The notes below the pieces were generated by a model. That model saw only the letters and a list, made by a program, of their open reading frames with translations. It ran no database searches and was not told the origin of the DNA. From Saccostrea cucullata (lineage: Eukaryota), in NCBI RefSeq assembly GCF_032062105.1, contig NW_026941175.1, forward strand, positions 1 through 64,000: a DNA stretch of 64,000 nucleotides. The letters are read 5' to 3'. Made by a program: the position numbers and the translations under genes. This document shows positions 1-12,698 of this stretch, one piece after another. Positions within the stretch are counted from its first letter, which is position 1, and the number at the start of each line of letters is the position of its first letter.

Positions 1-635
1 CTTCTTGAAAGGAATTTAAATTGCTGTTTTTCAATGGGTATAGTTTGATTAGCATTGTAAGATCTAAATTCAAGGTTAAACCTTTAAACATGATGCAGGA
101 TGTAAGAAATTTATGTCCAGACCAAAATCGACGCAAAAGCATAGGATCGAACGTCCTTAACTTGAAAGGTTTCAATTTCAAGGATAAGAACAAGCGATGA
201 TGAATAGCAGTTAAGTTATTAACTTACTTATTTTGACTATTACATTTGAAACTTTTTTGTTTTCAACCGCTCTATTGATTTTGTGGAATCTGTTAAAAAC
301 AATTAGAAATAGAAAACAGCAAATTGATTTAACTTTCAATGGAAAGCCAGTTGAAAGAGTTCAATATTAAATGCCATTCATGTGTAATAATTAATTTCTT
401 TGTAAGTATGAGGTCTGAAAAATTTAATGCGATCAAAAGAATAAAGAGAAGTAGAATAAGCGAAGAATTAAGAGCAATAAAGTTATTCTATGAACATTTC
501 TCAGGTATAAAAAAATTAAAACCTTCATAAAAAAACTAACATTATTAAATTATTTAAAACTTACTCTGCAAAACCATTTTGCGTGTGAGCTGTAAAGATT
601 TTATTTGATGATTTGATGATATTTCTAATCTTCAG

Positions 636-3600
636 GAGGTTCTGCATTCGCTGGACCTTTCCAATCCAGTTATGTTCAAGGTGAAGTAAGGGTCATAGTT
701 TGGGGATTGTGTGATCTACCCCCGGCAAATTTTACACTATCTGGTGGTACTAGCATATCAGGAAGTAAGGATATTTTTAACATATTCACTTTTGTATTTT
801 ATATCTATTTTTCAAAAAAAAAAAATGTCAATCAAACTTCTTAATACCCATGATGCATTTCTATTAATTGTTGTAAAGGTAAACAAATTCGTTAAACTTT
901 TAATATCCAGTGATTATCGTATTAAGAACCATACTCTATTCAAAATATAATGGTCAAGGGTCAACTAATATTTTACCTTAAAAATGAGAACAATGGGTTG
1001 CATTTTCATACATGTGAACGATGGTGCCCGTGAGATAAACCTATGCTTTATCCATGGGTAGATGCTTTATCAATAGCACTTCCGATTTTGACACGGTCCT
1101 GTGCTTCAAAATTTTATTTGATTGAAACTTTTATTTGTAAAAAAAATTTTTTTTATTAAACGATAATGATAAAGAGCAATAACGTCATTAAAATCAATAT
1201 ATAGATTTATGTCAAAAAAGTGTATTATTTTTTCAAGGTACTTGTATTGGCGATTTGAAGCCAACTGGTAAACCCCGCCCCCATTTTTTAAATCATTTTC
1301 GGATAAAATAAAGCCTAGCAATTATTTTGCTGTCATAAGATACTAGTACTTTGAGCATCTTCAACAAAGCTTCCTTATATTATATTACGCATGCCTATCT
1401 AGTATTTTAGGTCAAACTTACCGTGGATCAACATTAAATTAGAAATCATTCATGTAGTTTCATAAGAGAAGTCTCATTTTTTTTAAAAAAAAAATCGAAA
1501 GTCGTGTCAGATAAATAAAACATCTATAAATGTGTGATTTGACATCGATAAGCTTTATCCAACTAGATGAAATTCTGTATCTTTGCTCGGCAAGATAGCG
1601 AATATATATATCATTTCAATTCTTTGGATAAAGCCAATATCAAATGACACAATAAAGATAACCTCTACTTAGTGGATAACCAAACCAAATGATTGACGTT
1701 AATAAACTGGAATCTAATGTTTCAAATATTTTATTTCTCTTATTTAGCGGATAACCATAAAACCATCACACACGGCCTTGGTAAATATCCTGACCTAGTT
1801 ATTGTCCAGTTGAAAATGACCAACGGCTACATCTCGGAGGCAGGAGGTGAATATTTAAATCTTTTTGAAGAAATTCTCTGGTAGTACATGTAAAAAAAAA
1901 AAATTGGCAGATTCGAATTATCTTTGCTTTTTGTAAAGTTTTAGGACATAATAATTGTTTCTTTTTATGCTTCCTATATTTGAATTCCTCTTATCTCACA
2001 TAATAGTTAAGTTGTTACATTAAGATACAAAATGATCCAAGAACAAAATGTTTTGATCATTTGATGAGAGGTAAAAATACTTGTTTACGGATTATTAGCT
2101 CCAATCTGTATTTAAGTTAGAAGCTTTTAAATGCTAATAGTGTTCTAGTTTGTTTGAAAAATCATATTTATTTGATATATTTTGAAGCTTTAGTCTATTA
2201 TAACTAATATCAATTTCATTCAAAAATTTCATCAAGTCTTTGATTTTGTAAAAATTTTAACTAAATTCATTGTTTTATAATAGTTTTGAGAGGCAGAAAA
2301 GAATTTTTTTTTTTCATACACCACCATTCCCCAAAAAGTGTGTAGTCCCTGCTAGTTTTCAATACCAGTTTACGATATCTATTCAAAGCTGTACAACTGT
2401 GTTTTAATGAATGAAAATACGGTCTTTTAAATCCTAATATAAAAGACATGAAAGCAAATATACTTTGCATGTTTCTAACAGTTAGAAACCAGATGAGAAT
2501 CTTACCTTAAATATCACAAATATGTGTCAAACGAGTGTCTTTTTTCAAGTTCAATGTTATACGTCAGAAAAACATTATATTGAAAATAATGATTGTTCAT
2601 CGATTAAAATATATTGATTTCATTCTAAACAAAAATAATTAGCATGCGACTAAGTCCATTTTAAACAAGATGTGTTTGTGGAACACTATGCGCCCGGCGG
2701 CAACAAAGTTCGAAAAAGCTATTTTAAGCAGATAGGTCACAGTCATGGTCAGAAGGTCGCTGACCTTGGTGCCATTTGAAAGAACTTAATTTGTGGAGTC
2801 TACATACCATACCAAATATGACGTCTCCATCTTTCATGGTTCAAAAGTTATGGTGAAAGTTCAAAAAAACTATTTTTAGCATATAGGTTACAGTCCAGGT
2901 AAAAATGTCATTAACCTTGGTGTCCATACCAAATATGAAGTCTCTATCTCTCATGGCTCAAAAGTTATGCTGAAGGTTAAAGTTGACAGACAAGCAGACA
3001 AACAGATAAACAGACAAACAGACAGGACAAAAACAACAAATGCCTTAGATCTATCGATCCGGGTGCATAAAAAGAATTCTTTGCATTATTTGCTTTCATA
3101 TTAATACGAATCTTAAATAGGCTGATGGCTAGGGGCACACTTACTACGAGTAAGAATTCCTTTGATCAATGTTTTGTTACACATGTTGCTGTTCCAATAA
3201 TGATGTAGCAGGAATAAAGATTTGTCGAAAACACAACAGAGTATATTTCCATAATCACACGTATAAGTCAATTTTTATACATATGACATACTCAATTTTA
3301 AAACAGATACAAAATACACAAAAAAGAATGATAAGGAAAACATTTAATGGGTAACATGCCTTCCACTGACATTAAAAAACTAAATATTTAGATTGGACAA
3401 ATATAATCATATATAAATTTATATGTTATCTTGCAGTTCTGAAAATCAAATTTTATTTTACTGTAAGCTACTTACAGAGGAACACTGCGAAAAATATAAA
3501 ATACAATAGTTTAATAAAATCATTCTCATATGATACAAAACGTAAAACAAAGAACATATTTGGTTAAATATATGTATTTTGGTGCTTATCACTTTTAATA

Positions 3601-6600
3601 TATAAATGTTAATTAATAGAAAATAGTACTGAACCACTTTTTTATATCTGAGAATATTGCAGAAAACATATAATGATGACTTTTATCCCAGGTTTACCCC
3701 TTTATCCCGTCGATATAGTCAATGTACCGTGATGTCGTTTTTGTATCTAACAGTTAAGTGCAGTTATGATGTCACAATGGTTTTTGTGAAAGCCTGAGGA
3801 AGTAAAATAAAGTGGAGGTCTCCATGTTCATGCAAAACGTGTAAAAGATCGTTTGTGAAGACATTAATAAAAAAAAATAGATTAAAAGAATTGTAATGAG
3901 TTGTAGTAGACTCGGGGATAAACAATTACACAACCCGTTGGATAAAAATCATATACTACTAGAAATCAGGCTGAGTTTTACAATGCTTGACAATGACACC
4001 CTTTATATAATATATATTATGCACAGTAATATTATTTTTCACTCTTCAGGTGTGACATTCAATTCGGTTTCCGAATCTTATCAGTCCATTTGTGGAACAG
4101 TATTCGCATTCAACGACCAAAACATTCGTCTCTGGTCGATAACTGGATCAGGTTTGATGCAATCTATTTTATTTTAAATCTATATACTTACATATATGTA
4201 ACTTACAATGGATTTTTCTAATAAGTTATTTTTTATTGGATTAATGAAATTTATATTTTGTACTTTATATATATTACAATGGCTTTACTATCTCTCCTAT
4301 GATAGTAAATTATCAATGTATCTTGTTTACGTTTAAATGTTTAAAATGTTTTAATATTTGATTTAAATTTATAAATGGAAGGATATGGAGATAACGAACA
4401 GTATTCAGACTCGTATTATACAGAATAAGACAGCATACCGGTACATGTCTACAGCTGTCACTGCTTACATATATGTCATGTGCAAAAGATCAATTTATCT
4501 CCTGGGTTAAATAAAACAAGAAGTTACATGTATCTAGGTACATATATCATGGCGTTTGAAAAAAAAAATTCTGTTTGAATTTTAATTCTTATTTTAAAAA
4601 CAACAGTATTGAAAAATACTTAAGTAGTCTCAAGATTTTGTGTTAATGACGCAATACAAAACCAATACTTTTGAATCTTTAAATGTTCCTATTCAATGAT
4701 AAATAGCCCATGAAAAGGTTAGTTAATTGACCTTATTGAAAATAATAATTGATATAGCTGAGACATTATTTAGCCCAGTTCTTCAAAAATTATACTCTGA
4801 TACGCGGTTGTCCTGTATTTATTTTACCCCAAGAACTGCTCCTTAGTATGCTTAGTGCGTCACAAAAAAAAATCTTATACCTTAATTATTCATTTTTCCC
4901 TTTAACTAGAATTGCAAAATATCAAAACAAATACATAATATTAAATACTGAAATGTTTGTTTCAAAGACATTTTTTATATAAAGATAATAGGTGTATGAT
5001 CTTCAAAGATGCTGTAAGTTTCAAACCACTGAACAGAGTTGTGGCAAAAGAGTAATAGATAACAGTTTTTTGTTAATAAAACCCTAAAAGAATGTAGGGA
5101 AAACAAAATTTATTTACATCTAGTCACATGTTATAATAAGATTTTTTTTTTACAGAAAACTACTTATATAATAGTGTTTTGTTTTGCGTGCACTATGTCT
5201 AAATAGTAGTCAGGGTTTGACGCATGAGCCGAAGGCAAAAATACACCACTATTGTTATTACTATGCTGACTGTTGTATAAAAATGACAACATTTTCTCCA
5301 TTTCCAATATTAATGTTACATCACCTCTCATATTCATATAAGTAAAGCCCTATTATGACGTCATATTTTTTTTTTTTACAATATAACACCAATTTTTCTT
5401 CAAAGTAAGAATAGTTTCTTTATGACGTTTCACAAACCTTGATGTCCAATGTATAAAAGATCATCTGAAGGAAATATTCAATAAAACAAAAACAACTATC
5501 AAGACAGGACACTAATGATAACAGTAATTAACCATTTAAAATCAAGATTTAAAAAAAAAAAGAAACAACGTCTCGCCTAAGACGAATATTTTAATTATAT
5601 AAATGAACATATTTTGAATCAAGAAGCTCCTGGATTCTCTGTCTCATTTGCTGTAAGTTCTTTGTAAAAAGCAGCATTCTTTCCGACAACTTGAACAATT
5701 TCAATTTGCAATTTGCAATGAAGCGCCTTTTAAAAAATGATGTAAATTTGATAATATGAAAGGCCTAGGCTCTCGTCGGGATTCGGTGAAGAATTGGTAT
5801 AAATATTATGGTAATTTTCAATGTTTTCTTCTCAGGAATCACTTAATGAGTAAAAAATTTGTAAATAATGTACGTCATACATTTAGGCTTGTTAAGATTT
5901 AATGACTGGAATGGATTCGATGGTTCAAAAACATGTACATAGGAATATCGAAAGATTCTTTTAAAATGTTCTCAAATTTAGCAGATGAGTAATTTCCGAC
6001 CATTTATATACTTAAATTGTATAATTTACTTTTTATTTTAGCCTTTACCGACATCGAACAGTAGGCACTATATAGTTCTTGTCCGTCCGTCTGCCTAGCC
6101 GATTTTATTTATGTCTGTTTTTTCTCCTTTTTTTGTCCGCAAAAAAAGATTTCCTTAAAGATTCAGGTGCCTGGAACTATGTTTCAGAACTGTTTTAATT
6201 GTGACAAAACCTTAACATAACATTTGCCCTCTTAGCTACGACTTGGTGTTTGACCCATTTCATGTTTAGCAAGGAGTAATTTTATCAAGTTTGAAGTGCT
6301 CACTGAAAGGCTATTACAACTAAACAACTATTGAAAATTAGCGATATGAGTACCGTCACAGATAATGCCAAAATTGAATCCTCGCTACAAAAACTGTTTA
6401 TACGGTATTCCAAGGTATACCTGATGACAAAGCCCTTTTTTGATCAAATGGCAACAATTTTGACCTTTCAAACTTAACCAAAAAGTTTGATGCACGTTTG
6501 GCATAATTATTTCAGCGGAAGGCTCTAGAGCTTTCATGTTTCACCAATGTATCCCTTGTGATAAGAGCTTTCTTTGGATATCATCAATTTTGAACTTTAT

Positions 6601-9600
6601 ACTCTGATTTTCATTTGAGAAATTTTCAACCTTTTCATTATCTGCTATATTGGGGCATCAGTTTTATCAAACACATCGTTAATATTAATTTTATATTTTC
6701 TTTTCCCTGACAAATGCCAAAGCGCTCAGGTGAGCCATTGAAGCTAAAGTGGTCCTATCTATTAAATTATCTGCATTCAGTACGTTTGTCCAACATAATT
6801 TTTAAATCAAAAACATCCATTTTTTAGCAAATATTCCAGTGAATTGCATAAAATAAGAGTGTTTATTTTAAGGAAACTATGTTGCCTGTGCACGAGATGG
6901 ATGGGGATCAGAAGAATTACAAAGTTCGTCCGCTGACCTTTTCATACAAGTCTGGATACTAGATTCCTGTAATAAACATTTTTCTTCCTCCTTCCAACTG
7001 GATAAAAACAATGCAGATCCTACGTCACCAACAGTGGACCGCGTGACACTGGGTTCTAGTTATAGCCTTAACACAACATTAGTATCTGTTCAGGTCAGTT
7101 GATGACGTCATTATTTGTCAAGTTGATTTTCAACACTATAACGCTTAGAGTTGTGCAATGACTTTTAGGTCTGTTGGAAAATGAAACACTTTCATTGGGA
7201 TGGATGAAAAAAAAAACAAGAATTTTCACTACTTCAACTTTTTTTCTTTAATGCATAGTCAAAATACAAGTCAAGAACATTTCTAAATGAAATTTTTATA
7301 AATTCTTTAAATGGGATTACATCTTAAAGATAAGAACATCCTTTAAAATCCTCATACTATTTATACTATATACGGTTTAAAGAGTTATCTTTGGTGTACT
7401 GCATGTATTATATTAAAGTCTTTACATTCTAACATTTGTTTTTTAGAGTACCATGGTTACAAAAGTACTCTTTATGATTTTACTTTTTGAAAAAAAAGAA
7501 TTTACCATGAAACTAAAGCCATAATACTGAATTTCTTCAAAATTTCAATTAAGTGCATTAAAATGAACTATTTCATAGATATTGAGTAATCAGAAAAGAA
7601 GGAAATCCATGTCAAAAATACCAATTATTGCACTAGTTCTCCGTAAGATTTATGGATAATGCTTAATCAAGTGATAGTAAATTTCAAAGATATCATCTTT
7701 TATCAATGTAAAAATCAAGGAATCAAAGCAAAGTTTTTGGAATCTTTTTTTTACATGAATGAATGATTCTTTTTTAAACAGGGCACATACATGTACCATA
7801 GTATATACAGCTTTTTTTTATTTTACTTGTCTAGAGAGAAAAGTTGTTTTTTTCTGAGAATATCTGTGCACAAAACATTCGCATTTGTTTTGTTTTTGAA
7901 CAGTTTAATGCCCATTTCCAACCTTGTTCTTTTATCACTCACAATTGTGATTAAAATGATAAAAAAACATACATTATCAATGAATTCTATTCAGATGAAG
8001 GTTTTTACGTCAAACAATGCCGGATACGTGTTTTATGCTGGGGGCAGCGCTATGATTGATACGTCTACTGATCCATTCGGCGCCATTATATATGGATACA
8101 CTGAAACGGAAGTGTTGCTATGGAGACCGGATATTGCCACTACTCACGGTTACCTGGTTTATGTCGGTGGGCAATGGGGAGCGGGAAATAATAATCAGCA
8201 AGATACCAGTGTTGAAGTGACTGTTAAAGTTATCGAATTAACAGGTGTAGTTTTTTAACAACCGAAGCTCTTTAGATATTTATTTTAAAAGACAAAAATT
8301 ATTATCAATAATTTTTTCCGTATTTTTTTGAAAAAAAGCATTTGTCCTTTATGGCATGTCGTGAGAATAATAAGAAAGAACCATTTGACGAGAACAATAT
8401 ACGGTTTTCGTTCTTACAATTTTTTTACTACTGGAAGTTCAACGACCTATTTCTTAAAACCTGTATAGATTTTCTTTAAAGGATCTCCGTGCACTGGAAC
8501 TAATGAATGCTCAGCGGACTGGACGACTCTGAAAACTATCTGTACTCCTACTGGTATTCTATTGATCTCTTTTTAAAAAGAAAATTAGTGTTCAAATATT
8601 TATATAAAATGAGCATTAGATAATTTCAAATAAACAAATTATTTATCATTGGCCGTATGAGTAACTCCACAGACTATTCGCAAATTAAAATAAAAAAAAA
8701 TAGATCCTTAGAATGCGTTCAAATATTTGCTTTCATGATAGTCGTCGAGATATTGAACTTTAAGACATTAGTTGTATATATCTGTAGGGACAGATATGGA
8801 TATAAAAGAATATATAATATACTCATTTTTTTTCCCTAATAGATGCTAAGAAATCCAATTAATTATCTTCAGTTGTTATTTGAATATTTGCAAATAAATA
8901 AAATAATTTTTCTCCAAAGATTGCCCTGATCCGCCCGATTTAGCCAATGCTTATAAAGTCTACAATGGAGTAAGCAATGGAAGTACTGCGATGTACTCGT
9001 GCATGCCTGGTTACGCTCAAAGCTCACATGACGTCATAATAACATGTACTGACGGATCCTGGTCCTCAAGCACCGTGTTTTGTGAAGGTTTGTTTTTTAT
9101 TAGCTATTTCTGTAAAGTGCATTTCTTGCACTTTGTGATTTCATACCTAAAATTGTAACTTACAAATAAACAAGCAATAAATTTCAGATAAGAAATTTTA
9201 TTGCAACTGAATTTACATGAAAGAATATGAAGTAAACAACCTTTTTTCAAATCGATAATTACAGGGATATCTTTAGATTGGTCTAATTGAACTATTGCAT
9301 TTAATGGGTATATCTAAGAAAACAATAATGTCTTTTTTTGATTATCTGATCTTTCTTTAAGGAATAAATATTATATTCTGAGATTCTAAAATCTCAGTTT
9401 GTTAAAAAAAAGTAAATTGAAAATATCGAGAAACTCGGTGTCTACGAACACTGACATAGTTATCTTGGATCCCCAGTAATATAAATTTAGCAAATTTCTT
9501 GTACGGATATAACGAATTACGGATATAGCGAGGTAATTTCAGAAGTCCCCGTGACTTCATTATAACCGAGTCTTATTGTAAAAGAAAATTAAAAATTCTT

Positions 9601-11204
9601 TAACAGTCTGAAAAAAAGAAACCTATGCACAAGATGTGAAAAAAATAATATTGATTTCTCCTTGTTTTGGAGAATGAAAACGTGTTGTTTATTTCAAACA
9701 GCGATATGTGCAGCTCCTCCTTCCATTCCAAATGCTGATGTTCAAGTTTTTGATTTTATGGCTATATATTCCTGTCAAGAGGGTTATCTGTCTCAAACGG
9801 GAAGTAGTTTGATCAGCTGTTCCCAGTCAGTGTGGCAAACAACAACGTTTTCGTGCACTGGTAAGAAATCAGAATCTGTTTTTGACAAATATTTTGATTT
9901 CCGGAATATTTTTTTCTGATAAATAATTTTTTTTCTTAGTGACCTATACTCTTTGTCAATATATTTGATTTTTTGAAAGAAATATATTTTGATTTTATAT
10001 TCTAATCAGATTAACTTTCATCAAACAACTCTGGTTTTTTTTCTACGTGTCATTTATGAAAAAATAAACCCAGTTTCCCATCCCTCAGCCTTGTAGTGTC
10101 TTTAGTATAATTAAGATATGACAACCGCGCGCTTCAGTGTGCTGTTTTAGGTATATGTGCAGTCATGATAACATTTTCTGTAATGCAATGTAGAGAAATA
10201 TGATGATTGCTTAACAAAAGTTCACCTGAAATTTAATTTCAATGAACTTATGTTCGAGGCACGATTTCAGCCTATATATTTAATTTTGTATTACGTTTCT
10301 CTCACAGATATAATGAGATTAATCAGTGTTCATTTTCATTCAACTTAAGTTTTCATTTCTTCGCACTTTCAGCATCCTGTGGCCCGGCACCAAACATCAC
10401 TGGTGCTGATGTCTTGGTGAATGGTGACGTAGCTATGTACGCTTGTCACTATGGTTTTAGTGCAACAAATGCTGACAATGAAATTAATTGCGTGTCTGGA
10501 ACATGGCCTTCCACTACTTTCCAGTGTACAGGTATTTTTACATGTAATGTTAATTACCATTTTTTTTTTATTAAAAAAATCTTAAATATCCAGATACTGT
10601 CAAAGCTCACAGAAAATATTATACCAGCAGTTCGGTCTTTATAAGTCACGATGTATCTCTATAAATTTACTGTATCAAAATTTTAATTTTACTTGCAACT
10701 AAATTCATCCATAATTCAACCAAAAGTTCAGCCCATCATCAACTTCTATTCAAAGTGCAGAATTGACATCGAAACAATGTGGATGACTCAATGCTGCCTC
10801 AGCTTTCATAAGCAACCAAAATTCCACGTTGATTGAACCTTAGGTTCAACGTTGATCAAACTCTGAATCAACCTTGAAATGTCTGCTGGGATATATCTCA
10901 TTTCATTTTTTCTAATTGCTTTCAAGATTCTTCAAACAACGGGGTCAGTAGAATCAACAACCAAACTCTTAACGAATGGATTGCTCGAATCAGGAGAGAA
11001 CTTATTATCAACAGAAAGAGAACAAATGCCTATCTGAGAAGTTTGACAAGTGTATACGATCCGCGCCCGAGCGCCATTGCAATAGGTAGTTCCGGAGTGT
11101 TCATCTTCAGTTTTGCTTTTCTATTAATAATGATACCAGATATCATAACTGTGATCAGGTACATACAAGAACGTTATTTTACTAACGGTAAAAGTGATGA
11201 TTAA
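636..11204 (+). CDS. Multi-exon type I membrane protein (5' end outside window): Gly/Trp-rich repeats + 3 sushi (CCP/SCR) domains + C-terminal TM anchor
   Basis: Exons 636-764, 1748-1846, 4050-4151, 6873-7093, 7995-8244, 8482-8553, 8920-9087, 9702-9860, 10373-10531, 10927-11204. All have AG/GT borders and compatible phases, giving an open frame of ~544 aa. Three phase-1 sushi exons: DCPDPPDLANA..YSCMPGY..ITCTDGSWSSSTVFCE; ICAAPPSIPNA..YSCQEGY..SCSQSVWQTTTFSC; SCGPAPNITGA..YACHYGF..NCVSGTWPSTTFQC. Last exon ..LRSLTSVYDPRPSAIAIGSSGVFIFSFAFLLIMIPD..* is hydrophobic. AATAAA at 11259-11264. Confidence 0.85.
2663..3073 (-). mobile_element. Non-autonomous Helentron/HINE (CvA/pearl-like) element in intron
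   Basis: Starts AAACAAGATGTGTTTGTG, has two internal repeats (GGTCA..ACCTTGGTG..CATACCAAATATGA..CAAAAGTTATG), a (GACA)n microsatellite at ~2987-3030 and an A-rich end. This is the typical bivalve HINE architecture. Confidence 0.65.
6035..6680 (+). mobile_element. Degenerate HINE-like element in intron
   Basis: T-rich start, GTCCGTCCGTCTG microsatellite, TTTGACCTT core motifs, and an end TGGGGCATCAGTTTTATCAAACACATC that resembles the reverse complement of the 2663 terminus. Confidence 0.45.
9426..9580. mobile_element. Short degenerate MITE (Tc1/mariner/pogo-type)
   Basis: AAACTCGGT..ACGAA at left and TTCATTATAACCGAGTCTTATTGTA at right form imperfect TIRs; internal ACGGATATA repeats. Confidence 0.4.
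10732..10890. mobile_element. Degenerate MITE remnant ending TGTCTGCTGGG
   Basis: Repeated CAACGTTGA/CAACCTT subterminal motifs and a CCCAGCAGACA-type terminus on the reverse strand. Confidence 0.35.
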
Positions 11205-11377
11205 ATGTATATATGTCATTGTCTGAAATTGGTGATAAAGGCGTGGGTGTTGATTTATAATAAAACACGAATACATAATTTCAAACACCCTCTAAGTGTA
11301 TTTTTTTTATAATTTCAAATAGAGATGAAGAGTTCATACACTGAGGTTTATTTTAATAATAAAAATATTGTAATCGA

Positions 11378-11522
11378 TTAGCAAAAAAAATATTCCTATA
11401 TCTTACAAATATTTTAGTTATTCCACAGAAGAACTGATCGTTAAATCGTGATATTTTCGATTTTTTTTAGCAAAAAAAATATTCCTACATTTTACAAATA
11501 TTTTAGTTATTCCATAGAAGAA
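11378..11522. repeat. Local direct duplication (~55 bp, period ~89)
   Basis: TTAGCAAAAAAAA-TATTCCTA..TTACAAATATTTTAGTTATTCCA.AGAAGAA occurs twice. Confidence 0.7.
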
Positions 11523-12698
11523 AAAAATCTTGCTTTATTGTTTGAAATTGATCGTCAATAAAATACAAAGTGATATTTTACAAAAATTGGGTTTTTTTTC
11601 AAAGAACTAAATGCGAAACGCCAATTTTGAAAACTAAATTCCTAAAAAATGAATTAACCACAGTGTTTAATACTATTTTTGTTTCTTGACGTCACAAACT
11701 CGTCCGATTTTATAACATTTTTAGAAAAGGGACTTGGTCGAAATTTCAATTTTAAGATTTGTATAAACCAAGATATTTGCTTTATTGTTTGATTTTTCAT
11801 TTACACATTATATCGTTTTCCTTAACACACATACTGTTTTGATAAATGATAATATAAAGTGATAACTTAATACAAAAATCTGTTGTTCTTAATTTGTCCA
11901 ATAAAAAGCATTACCTATTTAATGTTGCAAATTTGTATTTTTCTGAATTGTGTGTGTTTTTTCTATAAGAAAGCAACTCTTTTCTTTTCATTTAACAAAA
12001 TCATACCACTAAAATTTTGAAAACTTAAGGGATTCAATAGAAATTCTGGGTACGTTCATAAATTTTTAACATTGATCAATAAAAAAGTATTACGCAAATC
12101 TTTTGATGGGCTGAGTGAATTTTTGCATAGAATTAATGAAATGCTTTAGAAAAATGGAAATATTCACAGTGGGTAATATTCTTCAAAAATAAATGACATG
12201 TAGACCTCCGTAAGGTGAATTTAATTTAATTCGAAAACCCGCAAAACGCTATTTTTTCTCGGATTGTCAGGGGAATTTTAACAATAAATAAATTTCTTTT
12301 ATTTAATTCAAGTACTGAGAAAAATAGAAGTCATCGTCTAGTGCGTAGACAAATTAGGCATAAATTTTAAATTTAGAGACTTGAAATGATACACTGTATT
12401 TTGAAAGAGCCTTTGTAAAACCCACGGGAGATCGCAAAAAACAGCTTCAGAAGTATCTGACTATCTGTAAATTAATATGAGTTTCAACTTAATATTGAAC
12501 ATTGGCTGTCAAAATGTTTATTTATCATCAAACCTATCGTTTCAGGTATTGATTTATATAAATGAGATCTTTAGATTAATACTTTATAAGAAAAATACAC
12601 TGGAGGTTTTCTTATGTAACAAAAGCACATGATCAAACCAAATGAGAACTTAAAATTATTTTAATAACTTAAGTACAGAATTCTGTTTTTTTTTTCTA

